A stretch of 59,626 nt of DNA, the filler included, from Sphacelaria rigidula (lineage: Eukaryota), in NCBI GenBank assembly GCA_964200075.2. It is 7 parts of 7 records of this genome, joined end to end, with 100 filler letters (N's around TTAATTAATTAA, not from the genome) between each part and the next. Parts side by side here need not be neighbours in the genome. Positions count along the whole stretch, not along the records: positions 1 to 8,433 come from CAXNAA020011141.1; positions 8,534 to 16,966 come from CAXNAA020011142.1; 5 more parts are not named here. One strand, 5' to 3'. The stretch's first letter is position 1, and every line of letters begins with the position of its first letter. The translations under genes and the position numbers were made by a program. Under the pieces are notes generated by a model, which saw only the letters and a program-made list of their open reading frames with translations, had not been told where the DNA came from and did no database searches. Of this stretch, positions 1 to 11,543 are shown piece by piece.

Positions 1-85
1 CCCCTACAAAGCCGGGACGGAGCACGCCGGGTTCTCGCCGGACCAGGCAGGGGGTAGGGGGGGAGGGCCCTAAGACCATTGAACT

Positions 86-270
86 CGCATTCGTACAAAG
101 CCGGGACGGAGCACGCTGGATTTTCGGCGGACCAGGCTCGCAGTCACCGAGCGCGGAGCGCCGTGATGTGTTCGGCGAGTCGCATGAAGAATAAGCTACA
201 TCCTGCTCAGTTTTCTCGACCCGAAGCGTACCATCTTGCATATGGATGACAGCCTCCAATGAGCTGTTTC
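86..270. repeat. Dispersed repeat fragment homologous to 35678-35870; its first ~44 nt is also duplicated locally (5-48 vs 95-138)
   Basis: Shared blocks caaagcc.ggac.gag.acgc, gatgtgttcggcgagtc..atgaag and aatgagctg occur in the same order at both loci. Confidence 0.7.
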
Positions 271-988
271 ATTTTCTGGAATCGCCACTGCCGGAGACAG
301 CCACGGGCTACACACCGTCTCATGGGTGTCTCACCATTTAATCACAACGCAGTACGGTCATCCACGTCGCGCGGAGTTGAGGTAAGCTCGACCACCATAA
401 CGGTTACCACAACGGAAACGCATTCGAGAAAAAGCAACGGCAACCTGGTTGCTTAGCTTACGCAGTGAGTGGCGCGCTTTTCAGCATCGTTGCCAACGGA
501 CGCCAACCCTTGAAAAGGAAAGGGGGACGGAACGAACGACAAAGCACGGAAGCAATCAAGGGTGCACGCAAAACGGTAAACACTCCATACACAATACTGT
601 GTGACCCCGGCTGCTGCTTGTTTTCTCCATTATTTTGTCTGTTTTTTGTCCACGTTGCCCCATCTCCTAGGTGTATCCCGCACCGAGTACTTCCGTCCCT
701 AACCTTCAGGTACACCTATCTAATGACCACGACTGTAGTCGTCGAGGATGAGTTAATGTACGACAATCAATCGACCCATCACTGATTCAACGCCACGTGA
801 GACAATCGCCCGCTCCACTCCTGTAACGTTAGTATTATTATTATAATTATTATAATTATATCCGCACATTAGTCCGATCTCGCGAACCCGTGGTCACATA
901 TCTTGTTCATTCATTCCGCGGTGTCGGCGCTGGTTAAAACGAAACTAGTGCTGTTGGAAACACCCAGCAAAGATCTGTACATGCAAGA

Positions 989-1246
989 GACACTTTCTAC
1001 GATAGCCCCTTCCCCCCCAAAAAAAAACAGCCCAGAACCGTCACGAAGAAGATGGCCATACAGCGCATGATGTTTGGTTCAGGCTGCATGAAGCGCCTCA
1101 TGTGGACGACATGGGCGAAAACAATCAAGCTCAAGCGTTCGAATTCCAGGCTGCTCGTTGTGCCCGGCTTTTTGATTTCGATTCATGTGTGGATTTTGCC
1201 TCTCCAAACCAGCCACTTTTGTGAGGGGGATATCGTAGGAAGTGTC
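989..1246. mobile_element. MITE with ~21-bp TIRs (GACACTTTCTACGATAGCCCC) and 4-bp TSD AAGA
   Basis: Left TIR gacactttctacgatagcccc at 989; right TIR ggggatatcgtaggaagtgtc ending 1246; AAGA at 985-988 and 1247-1250. The same left end recurs at 33854 and 59555. Confidence 0.8.
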
Positions 1247-1412
1247 AAGAGGATCGTCACATAGTACAGGATTCCTTTCCACCGCACAGCGAAAAAACTC
1301 GAGACTGAAAAACGTATCACGGGATGGAGAGAGGTCGGACGGGAGCGTTGTGGGTACCAAGTCGTATGCGGTGTCCAGCTGAGGGCTACAGCACATGAAC
1401 TGCGCAAGCGCC

Positions 1413-1597
1413 CAGTTCATCACCCCGACACAGAAAAAAAAAGAAGGAGGCACGAAGCAAGCTTCTACCCGCCTCAGAAGAAAATAAATGGAACTGAGAA
1501 AGTTCATCACCCCGACACAGAAAACTAAACCAAGAGCAAGGGCACAAAGCAAGCTTCTACCCGCCTCACAAGAAAAGAAATAAGAAATGGAACTGAG
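1413..1597. repeat. Tandem duplication of a ~90-bp unit (2 copies)
   Basis: agttcatcaccccgacacagaaaa ... aagcaagcttctacccgcctca ... aaatggaactgag occurs twice. Confidence 0.85.
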
Positions 1598-1884
1598 TCC
1601 AGACAAGCCTATGGTTCACGACCTGAACAATGTAACCACCGCTTCCAGCAGAAGCAAAAACCACAAAAATAACCTCAGATATCAGGAAGCGGGTATGTTT
1701 CCTCACACCTGAGGAACTGGTAGTCCAACACTCCGGGAGAAGCGAGCACCTTGCACAGCTCTCGGTACGGGGCCGTGACCCCTGCCGCCCCCTTTCCACG
1801 CCTACTCCCTACCTCCAAAGTCTCCGATCCTGCATTCTCCCCACCGCCATCACTTTTCGAAGCATCTGGTGGGCTCGACGCGGA

Positions 1885-2125
1885 CCTGCACCCGAAAATT
1901 GTCCAGAGTATACATCCGATTCAAGTTGGAAATGTACCCGATTTATGTCGGAAGTGTGCATCCGATCCACGTCTGGGGTATGTATGCACTATACCCAATC
2001 CATACATATCCGGAGCACGTATCCGATTCATACCCGGAGTATGTACACGATTCATATCCGGGGTGTGCATCCGATGAACGTCCGGAGTGCATACCCGAAT
2101 CGTGTTCGGAGCATACCCGATTTAT
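1885..2125. repeat. Degenerate ~24-bp tandem array (catatccggag.../atccgatt...), probably subterminal repeats of a DNA transposon
   Basis: Recurring atccga/acccga/ccggag motifs give ~8-aa periodicity in ORF 1869-2297. Confidence 0.65.
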
Positions 2126-3245
2126 GCAGGGAGCGAACGGCGGGCAGATGGATGGACGAATGCACATTATTACGGTCTACGACACTATATGTTCTCTTTG
2201 CTTAGCAGGTATCCACTTGAACAGCGGTTACACCAGCAAAAAAAGTAGACAACAGGATCCGTGTGACGATCTGCAAAAGCGGCGAACTCAAGCATAGAGC
2301 TACACGCTCGTTCTGCCAGGCAACGCGAGGTAGAAGTCGGATTGTTCGATCACGTTTTGAATTTTACGTACAGGGAAACATCTGAGGCTCCACGTAGTTG
2401 GGGGGTTGGGCCTGCGCAGTTTCGAACTGGACGCTGGTCGATCGTACATTTGGCGGGGCAACCTACGGCCAATCACTGCGACATGAAAAAATTGCGCAAG
2501 GCCACGTCACATCAGCTTCCGCTATGAGCTTTCTAGCGTCCACTCTGAAGTTTCAAAGCTTCCACTCTGAACTCTGACCCTATAATGAGAAAAAAACATC
2601 CTCCGAAACTCTCTAATAACTTGCAATAATGCACGAGCCAGGAAATTCTTTGCTTCTTGCGGGATATATTCGGTATCCATTCACCATACAGACATGTTCC
2701 GCTCCGCAATTTCTGCCCCACCGACCAGTCGGACACCGATGCTTGCTTGTTCGCGGTCACATGTAACGGTAAACGCAGAATATTCCACACACCTCACGTC
2801 CCTGACACTATCACCACCGCTCGGGGAAGAGCCAGGATGCGGCGGAAACGGGAACGTTTCGTGGGAACCCCCGCTTACCGCCCCAGACCGCTTCGGCGAC
2901 AGGCTCTTGAAACCCCTGCCTGGACCCCCCGAGTCTCCCGTAGCACTAGCAACAGCCTGGCTGCCGGTGCTCGCAGACGCAGAGACGTCTGGGAGGTCAT
3001 CGGGGGAACTGGGCGTGGAGGAGTTTCGGCCGCGTTGGAGATCTAAAGCTGACGCAAAGGCTGGTAGGTCCGTCAGGCTACGGGTTGTACTTTTGCTCGG
3101 CATGCCCTAGGGGTGGATACATGGACGCACGGAAAGACGACAGACGGACAGACGATTAATTGACCCGAATCGTTGACCCGAGGGACAGACCGATAAGAAA
3201 CTGACCCCAAAAATCGGCCCGAATATCTACCCCAAAAATCTACCT

Positions 3246-3257
3246 AGAAAAGAAAAA

Positions 3258-3288
<31 letters not shown>

Positions 3289-3399
3289 GGGAGAAGAAAA
3301 AAAAAAAAAAAAGGAGGAAAAAAAAAAAAAAGAAAAAAAAAAAAAAACTAAAAAAAAAAGAGTTNNNNNNNGCAAAAACAACAAAAAAAAAAAAAAAAA

Positions 3400-3431
<32 letters not shown>

Positions 3432-3442
3432 GAGGGAAGGGG
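3246..3442. other. Poly-G/poly-A low-quality sequence around a 7-N gap (3365-3371)
   Basis: Long homopolymer runs flank the Ns. Confidence 0.85.
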
Positions 3443-4973
3443 ATGGGACAACGCCTAAATAAGTAGAACCGATAATACATGAAAATTCGAGAAAAAACTT
3501 GAATCTAAATTTGGGGAATTTTCTGATAATCATCCAATGTTGAACTCTAGGCGACCGGAACTAACAGTGATTTGGATGTCAGTTTGATTTGATTTGATTC
3601 ATTGTTACACCTTCACTTATGCCCCAGAGATCCAGTGGCTGTCACATGATATACGTACCCGAGATTAAAAAAAATGAAAACATTCACTGAAGAATAGCGA
3701 AGAAAACAGAAAGGCAAACCATGTAAACAGGTAGTCTAAGAAAAGAAACGAAAAAAAAACGAAAGAAAAAATCAGAACAAAACAAAGAAAAATATAAGAA
3801 AAAAATATTAAAAAGTAAAATTAAAAAATGACCGGCCGCTGCAATATGGCTTGGGTGGAAAAGGTCATGCGCAAGAACACATAATCAGACCCAAAAAGTT
3901 ATCTGCTGGAAAAAAGGACGGGCGGAAATTGAACGAAGACAGTGAATTGAATCCTGGTCTATCCCACCGACCTCTGGTCCTGAGATCGGAACAATGGGGG
4001 CACGCAGCGAAACAGCACATGAAACATTGCCGCACAAGTAGCGAGCCTAACTGCTTGAAAATTACACTCCACAAGAACAAGGAGCAGGGAAACAACAGGA
4101 CACGAAAAATATCAACAACAATGAGACATAAAAAGACACCAACGACACATTCAAAAGGGGAACGGTCCGATGTCGTTCTGACCTGATCAGGACGTCTCTT
4201 CTCCGACCGTCATTTGGGGAAGTTTTCGCTGAGATTTGTGCTATTTTACTCGGCGAACCAACCGCCTTCGATCGATCGCCGCTTCAAGTTCACGGGTGGG
4301 ATAAGAAGTTCCTGAACTGATTAAAAAAACTATGTTGAATCTCAAGACGCTGTTTCAAATCTCAAGCATCCACGTCAAATATAACATTCAAGAAGCCGCT
4401 TCGAAATTTCAAAATGCACTTACCTTGTGTCGGACAAGTCATCGCTGGTTTGACTCACAAAAAAAAAAGTTTGTCTGAGGCCTGATTGCCCGAAACAGAG
4501 AAACAAAATGATCGCGGGTCGAGAAAGTCTCGACGGAAGTATCGCGCTATTTCACATGCCTGAGGTGTACGTAGCTAGGGTGCAACGCTGAAAACGAAAC
4601 CCAAGGATTGATTCGTCCGGTACGAATCAACACAAAAAAACAAGTAATTTTCAGACCGATTACTATTCATCCGATCCTTGAAAAGGTGTACTAAATATAA
4701 AAAAAAGCAACATGAAAAAAATATCCAACGTCAAAATCAAATACTCAGTAGTCATACCAAATTTCAGGAGACTGCCCGAAGGCTCGTCCATCATTGTCGA
4801 CACTTCTTATTATTATTATACATCTCCGAATTTTTTGGGATTGGCAAAGTACCCAATGAAATCTTGAATGCTTGCGAGCGCCACGGCGTACAAACAGGAA
4901 AGCTCTCCGAAGGAGGCGACCTAGAGTTTTGGTCGTTCATCTATGGTTGTGTTTTTCGAACAAACTAACAATA

Positions 4974-5083
4974 ACGCTAACCCTAACCGTAACCCCGACC
5001 CAAGGCGTAAGAGACCCTCGGGCGAGGTGGGTGTATGGATTCCCCTAGGCAAAGGGTGCGTTGGCAGACTTGATATCGACGCC
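4974..5083. repeat. Dispersed repeat starting with telomere-like (TAACCC) units; related copy at 56259-56370, partial match at ~8396-8415
   Basis: ctaaccctaaccgtaaccccgacccaaggc...gagaccctcgggc...gcaaag.gtgcgttg.caga...tcgacgcc is shared with 56259-56370. Confidence 0.65.
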
Positions 5084-5540
5084 GCAGGCGCCGATTTCGA
5101 CAAAACACGTTCTGGACGAGCTGGGTACACTGCTCACCTGTCCCAAACCATAAATTTTCTCAGAACTTTCTCAGGTCTAACATCAAGTAGTCATGTTGTC
5201 AACCATACATATACGACCAAAGCTTTTGATCGACTGCTCCGAAGTGCTGTCTGCGTCACAGTCCGTATTTTTCGGACTTTTGCAAAAATGACACTTTGGA
5301 GGAAAAAAAAAAGAAAACTCGCTTTGTTCTCGGAGAAGTCTGAACGCAGAGTCCTGAAAGTCCGAAAAATTCGGATATGTCCGAAAACACAGTGTCGATA
5401 ACAGTGGGCCTAACTTTCAAACACCGACATCAAACTTCCAATACGAAGAATAATACATTTTTAATACATAGTCAGCATCGAACCTGAAGAAGCTATACGC
5501 GAATCTTCCAAGGAATGAGGAGTTGTACCTGTGACTATTT

Positions 5541-5777
5541 GGTCGACGAGGGAAAGGGACTGCTGAATCCCTCTCGCGATAAAAAATAAAGTCAAGCACC
5601 GCAGAAGGAAAGTGGAGAATTAAAACAAATAAATAAGAACAAAAAAAAGTGTTGGCCTCCCTCCTGTGTGACCCCGGCTGGTGCGCCCACATGTACCGAA
5701 AGGTGTAGAACGGCGTCCAGAATAGATGGGGACGACAGCACACACACAACACACACATACACACACACACACACACC
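5541..5777 (+). mobile_element. 5'-truncated tRNA-derived SINE with (CA)n tail
   Basis: Homologous to the body and tail of the full copy at 28453-28817 (ggtcgacgagggaaag...ggcgtccagaatagatggg...acacac). Confidence 0.85.
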
Positions 5778-6109
5778 TTTGCGGCAGTCAGGGAACCATC
5801 TCTGTCGCCCCCTTCTCTGAAGAACGACTCCCACCTCTGAATCTCCGAAACCTCGTGGGTCATCGACCGCACGCTCTGTGGGGGTGGGACAGCCAAGACG
5901 GAGGAGTATGACGACGCGATCATGAGTAGATGGACAAGCGAAGTCGCGAAAGCGCAGCTGGAAGATTGATCGTCACTGCATGGAGAATATAGTAGTCCAA
6001 ATATCCAAAAACGCGTTGAAGAGCAGAAAATCAGACCCCCCGCAAAAAAACAAATGTTGGGCAGAGGTTCCCACCACTATTCGGCCCTCTGAAGTGTACG
6101 TCCCCACTA

Positions 6110-6468
6110 CAGTGCGATCCAAATCACCATCTGAAACCAAATAATATCAAGCAATTGCACTGCACGTGAGATCATTGAACTTGCTTTGAATGAATGAGAA
6201 TCCTATTTTATTTCGCAGCTATGATCAGAGTGCGTTCAAACTGCTCTGATTCTTGATTGTTCATCCGAAAATATGTCAAAAGTTTCAAGAGTGCGTCATA
6301 CTTTTTTCCGAATAAAGCAAAAAAAAAAAACATTCGAATATACACGGCAGAATTCCAAGGTTGCGAAAAAGTTATCTCTGCCAGGATCCCACAGCACAAA
6401 TTAGAGATGATAAATAGAAAATTATGTTTCAAGCCTGAAAAAAAGGAACAGGGGAGCAAATTGCACTG
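6110..6468. mobile_element. Possible Tc1/mariner-type MITE (TA|CAGTGC...GCACTG|TA)
   Basis: ~9-bp imperfect TIR with TA on both sides; the TIR match is short. Confidence 0.35.
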
Positions 6469-7200
6469 TACAGGTATCGGTCCAGCGCGGGGTCCCAGCA
6501 TAGTGCGGTTACGCCGGGTTGGCGAGACCCACCATACTCTGTTGGAACAACGAACAAACAATTCACAACGATGAAAAAGAAAAGGTTACGGAAAAAACAG
6601 AGAGTTACATCGGTATTGTTGTGGGGGTGGATCATGACTAGCCAACTTCCAACACCACCAAAAAACATATCTCCACCCACACCACACCTCAAAACATTAT
6701 TTGTCATATTTATCGGGCGCCATAGAAGAACGCCTCGACCGCAACGCATGTTTTTCTTTCTCGTTTTCATAATCATCACCCGAACTTAGACTTCATTTGG
6801 TTCATTTCTGAGCATATCATCTGCGCTACTCGATCCCCCCGTCCCTCCGCCGAAAAAAATGACGGGGCTAGTTGCCCCTGAATTGCAACCATGCTGCATG
6901 CACTCCATAAAAAACTTGAACTGGGTTCCCATCACGCCCTCCCCTCCCCGCCCTTTTCTCTGTTCCTCCGCTCCTGCCCAATGACCTCCGAATATCATCG
7001 TCATACACGCATCCAAGAAGGGCCACTTGATTGATTATCGCACATCAACAAATCTGCTACGAGTTCCAGCCGTGGTCATTAGATATAAGATAGACGTACC
7101 CGAGGACAACAAGATGTGACAAAAACAACGCCCCAAGAAAATCACAGAAGAGGGATACTGCAAAATGGATTATAAAAAGAGAGAGGGGGGGGAGGGGTAC

Positions 7201-7259
7201 TCATTTTGTTCGCCTTAGTCGTTTGACCATTGACCACGCACCCCTTTCGAGACGGAGCA
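7201..7259. repeat. Conserved repeat terminus ending ...GACGGAGCA; copies at 25599-25649 and 35950-36009
   Basis: gccttagtc.tttgaccattgaccacgca.ccctttcgagacggagca occurs in three contigs; similarity stops at GGAGCA. Confidence 0.75.
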
Positions 7260-7381
7260 AAGAGAGGGTGTACTCATGATCATGCAAGAGGCAGGAGCGG
7301 GGGAGAAAAAAAGCCAGAACAAACGAAGTAAAAGCCGGACAAGAAAAACACCGATAACCCCGCCCGTTCGTTCCAACTCAC

Positions 7382-7843
7382 CTGGTCAGCCGTGCCCATA
7401 TGCTTGAGCACCCTAGGCCTCTCACGAGCCTGCCATTGCCCTCCTGCCCTCGCGTACGTCTCGCCGCACCGCCTGTACATGTGCACCACAGCAGACAGCT
7501 CCCGCCATGTCCTGAGACACGTCCAGGCCGGTCCCACAGCGCCAGCACTACCACCAGCGTTCCCAAACTCACAAACATCAGCCTTGGGCATGATGGATGG
7601 AACGGGGACTGAAGATCCGCGGTGCAGAGGAGGGGGAGGGGATATGTCATCTACTTCCCCGGATCCTGCAGGCGGGGCGGTCTTGCTGCCTTCTGATTTG
7701 CTCTTGATGGATTGGAGACGCGGACCCGCGATGTTGTTGTTGCTGTTGCTGTTGGGCGAGGTTCCTCTGACGCTGACAATGAAGGCCAGTTGGCCCTGCC
7801 GTGTTTCGCGGTTCAGGAATTCTACCCACGCTGGTACACCCAC
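7382..7843 (-). CDS. Internal exon (154 codons, phase 0-0) of a protein of unknown function
   Basis: Acceptor gtccttccttcag|GTG and donor CAG|gtgagt; 462 nt, open in frame with ORF 7280-7981 (VGVPAWVEFLNRE...LRTWRELSAVVHMYRRC...ADQ). Confidence 0.75.
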
Positions 7844-8433
7844 CTGAAGGAAGGACACGTGGCCTTTTTGACGGGAGGGGGGGCGGCGGGGGGTACCAGA
7901 AAAAACGGTGATATGGACGGTGGAGCACGGCAAAAACAGATCAAGTGTCAGTCTCGTCCAAGGCTGGCTATTTACTTCCAAGCAGGGTGTATGCAGGAGA
8001 TCGTGGCAATCATCAGCTAAAGTCAGTTCTGGAGCGGGAAAGTCGGATTCTCAGATTAGAAAACAAAAAAAGCATACACACAGAAGCACACACACCACAC
8101 ATACACAGTTATGGGTGCGTCTGACCCCCCAAACTGGGCAAAAAAAGTGTCACCGACCAAAATCACGAAAAGACACGAACATATCGACTTTTGGGGCTTA
8201 TTCAGGCTCGTCGGGTAAAATATGCCCAACGTCATCGGAAGAGAATGACATGGATCCAAAATTCATATAGAGAACCCTACCGTTACTTCCGTTGTTGTTC
8301 CACATATGCAGGATGCCACTGCGTAGCTTTTCGACCATGCTCACGATACGCTGGAATGCCAGGAGGCTAGTTGGGTTGATCCAACCCAACGCACACCGAG
8401 AACCCTCGGGCAAGGGCGGTACATACATTCTTT

Positions 8434-8533
8434 NNNNNNNNNNNNNNNNNNNNNNNNNNNNNNNNNNNNNNNNNNNNTTAATTAATTAANNNNNNNNNNN
8501 NNNNNNNNNNNNNNNNNNNNNNNNNNNNNNNNN
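8434..8533. other. Artificial 100-nt contig spacer (N44-TTAATTAATTAA-N44); also at 16967-17066, 25499-25598, 34031-34130, 42563-42662, 51095-51194
   Basis: Identical linker with stops in all six frames; the intervening contigs are 8433, 8433, 8432, 8432, 8432, 8432 and 8432 bp. Confidence 0.98.
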
Positions 8534-9847
8534 ATGACCGCCAAAATGACTGGGACCTACATCTCTCGCACATCATGTTGTCCTACAACAACTCGGTTAA
8601 TGCCGCCACAGGCCTTTCTCCGAACGAACTCCATTTTGGACGCTACCCTCGGCTGCCTATCACCGTGTTCGAGCGACACACGTTCGACGGTCACCAAGGA
8701 TTGGATCAGGATCAGATATCCTACAACGAGCTCGCACATACACGACAACGCAAAGCGTTCACCCTCGTGCGCGAACAACACGTTATCAATGCCTCGCGCC
8801 TGGAGAGATCTAACACTGCTCTCTACAACCTCATGCACAAACACCCTAACTGGAAAGTTGGTGATTGGGTTTGGATCTACAACAGTTTGTCGATCACCCG
8901 CCAAGGCACCAGCAACAAACGAAACAATTTTGAAGACAAAACTGTCCCTCAATTGGACAGGACCATTCAAGATCCTGACAGTCGGACCATCGCCATCATC
9001 ACCGGATGGAAAACCCGTTGGTGACAAACTGCTCTATCTCGACTTGCCTCACGACTTCCAGGGCAAAGACACCAAGCCCCGCGTCTCCGTGCACATATGC
9101 AAACCCTGCACGAACCCGCATGATACAAGCGACATGCCCAAGTACCTGCCGGCCGGACTCACGCAGTATGTTCTCAACAGCTACTCGACCAAGTCCCCGC
9201 CCTACCACGTTACAGCCGACGACGTGACGGAACAGCCCCTTCGGTTGGCTGTGTCCTACATTTCCGGCCACCAAATAACCCGTGGTCAAGGAGGCAAGAT
9301 CGCTGTCATGTGTAAGACACACTGGCACGGTCTTCGGAGAGCGTCTTGGGAACCCGAATCCGACCTGCAATTGCACCGCCGTGCAATCCTCCTTTACTGG
9401 ACGCAATCCCAACATCAGCATCTTGCTCACAACAAGAAATATCGCAACATGCGCCGTGGCGCAGCAGCCCGCGAACTTCACCGCAACCAGGGACTACGCT
9501 TTGTCGCCGATGGTTACGAACTTGTACCCTCCAAGACTTGTAAGACGAAGTTCTTTGCAAACCAGCGACTCCTGCCCAAGGGCAGCTACCTTTGGTTCAA
9601 AGGCAGCGACAACCTTTGGTGGTTGGGTCAGACCCACTCCGCTAACCTGGTGTCGGCCGACACATATATCGTGCGCTTCATCGATGACCCTGGACCCATA
9701 CAGCTCAAGCTTCGGCCAGCACTTTACACCACCAGCCCATCTGCACCCCGCGGATCCTGGTGTCTCCAGCGCCTCAAGTCCAAAGGACTTCGCCGCGGTC
9801 TCCAGCGCAACATCGACCACACCCACGACGTCCACGCCCCGCTTTGA
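8534..9847 (+). mobile_element. pol: 3' part of a Ty3/Gypsy pol: integrase C-terminus, GPF motif, chromodomain and an extra C-terminal domain; frameshift near 8930
   Basis: WDLHL..IMLSYNNSVNAATGLSPNELHFGRYPRLP (integrase core end), KVGDWVW, LSLNWTGPFKI (GPY/F motif), ISGHQ...THWHGLRRASWEPESDL (chromo-like). Confidence 0.9.
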
Positions 9848-10093
9848 ACCACGCTTCTTGTCGCGACTGTTGCCCCACCCCCAGTTTTTCCCGTGAGCAT
9901 TGTGTGCCCCCCCCCGTTCTCCTCCAGGACCCTCTTCTACTATACCACGATAGCGCGACCTACACCGAACAACGATCAAGAACTGCTGACACGACCTCTA
10001 CCTACGACTACTGGAGCCATAGTATCCCCTCCATCTGGCGCTCGATCTTGTTGGATCACCGATTTTCAGATTTTCGGTCTTGCAGTTTTTAGC

Positions 10094-10262
10094 ACCTTTG
10101 GATTCCCCCAGGTTGACGCTCTGCTCCCTGTTGTACCTTTGGATTCCCCCAGGTTGAAGCTCTGCTCCCTGTTGTACCTTTGGATTCTCCCAGGTTGAAG
10201 CTCTGCTCCCTGTTGTACCTTTGGGGTTCCCCCAGGTTGAAGCTCTGCTCCCTGTTGTACCT
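10094..10262. repeat. Four tandem 41-42-bp units in the Gypsy 3' UTR
   Basis: acctttggattcccccaggttgaagctctgctccctgttgt starts at 10094, 10135, 10176 and 10217. Confidence 0.95.
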
Positions 10263-10436
10263 CCCTGTTTTCCCCCTTGACTTTTGCTACGACGCCCAAG
10301 CAATTTGTGCTTCTTCGTTGATCGCTAGCACGCCGAAGCAGTTTGTGCTTCCGCGTTTCGGAGCAGTTTTTCTTTTCTGCTCCTCGCAGCAGTCTATGCT
10401 TCCGTTCTTTTGAGGTGTGGGAGTAGGGTACAGGAT

Positions 10437-10931
10437 TGTTGGTACGGGAATGCCAGGTACGGGAGTGTTTCTTTAGGTATGCTTTAGTCGCTCATGACTT
10501 TATGAGTGAAAGAAAAACCTTAGTTTTCGCTGCTTTGAGGATAAATCCTCGCAGCCGTAATAAAGGGTTGTCTGGGTGGGTTAGTGTCATGAAGACGCAT
10601 ATTAGTCTGTTGATGCCGCTTCAGACCCGTTGTCGATTCTAGCCATGGCGTGCTTTTGTTCCGGAGACTACAGGTCTGTTCAGAGTTGGTCGGATACGAA
10701 TGTGAACCTGTATAATCACAGGAATGATACGGGCTTTGTTCGCTGTAGCCACGAACAAACCCCCCTGATGAGCACTATCAACTGCTCCCATCTGCTAGCC
10801 AGCAAAAGGAAGTCTAATCATCGGTGAGAGATATTGGGTGGTCTGGGTTGGATTGATTGAGTGGTATCGGAGTTAGAATCAAGATAATTAAGGGAGAAGT
10901 CAAGAACCTATTGCGTGAACCTCGGCTAACA
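10437..10931 (+). mobile_element. Candidate 3' LTR of the Gypsy element (TGTTGG...CTAACA) after a purine-rich tract at 10412-10435
   Basis: TG...CA ends and position downstream of pol; no second LTR is present for confirmation, and 10973 is an alternative end. Confidence 0.3.
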
Positions 10932-11226
10932 TTGGATATTGAGCAGGTTATACGGCATCTGCAAGTTGTAACAGTCTGACGGTTGTACACTTGCCTGCCA
11001 AGCTTGTGCCTTGGGTTGCAAGCTGTGTCCTTGCATTATACTGCCGCTTGCTCTTTATTACAGTGCGATAACAACGCCTTGAAAGTACGAAGATGACTGG
11101 AGCAAGGCGGAAAGTATGATGGTGCTTAGGTATATGACAGCAGTAGTGGTAATCAGCTTGCGCCACTTTCTCGCGCATGACAGCGTGTACCCCATACTCA
11201 GCGTAGAATACCAAAACGTACACGCC

Positions 11227-11543
11227 GTGGGTCCGAATATCGGTGAAGTCGCGCTATTTGGATTTGTTTTCTTGGATCATGCCCAGCGGTGGAGAGCGAC
11301 TATTTCGTGGGTACACAAAATTGGACTTCACGGTCGACAAGGGAAAGGGACCGCTGAACCCCTCTCGCGAAAACAAAATGAGGCAAGCACCGCACAAGGA
11401 AGGCAGAGCACTGCAATAAAATAAAATAAAGAAACTCCTGTGTTGGCCTTTCTCCTGTGTAGACCCGGCTGATACGCCCACCTATACCGAAAGGTGTAGG
11501 CTAGTGTTCAGAATAGATGGGTTGACAGTACGTACATACACAC
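11227..11543 (+). mobile_element. tRNA-derived SINE, diverged copy
   Basis: Degenerate B-box gggtccgaat, then a body homologous to 28453-28817 ending in cagaatagatggg...catacacac. Confidence 0.85.

Noticed and set aside
2681-3103. 140-aa minus-strand ORF as a gene or gag
   Set aside because: Low-complexity Ser/Pro/Gly sequence followed by stops, with no recognisable motif; it may be a TE ORF1 relic but cannot be supported.
3227-3533. Poly-Pro/poly-Phe ORFs
   Set aside because: Translations of homopolymer artefacts next to a gap.
7392-7847. Plus-strand 151-aa ORF
   Set aside because: Antisense shadow of the minus-strand exon, which has canonical splice sites.
8478-8489. Regularly spaced TTAATTAATTAA palindromes as a biological periodic signal
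   Set aside because: Always centred in 44+44 Ns; an artificial linker.
10094-10262. CRISPR-like array
   Set aside because: Contiguous units with no unique spacers, eukaryotic retroelement context and no cas genes.
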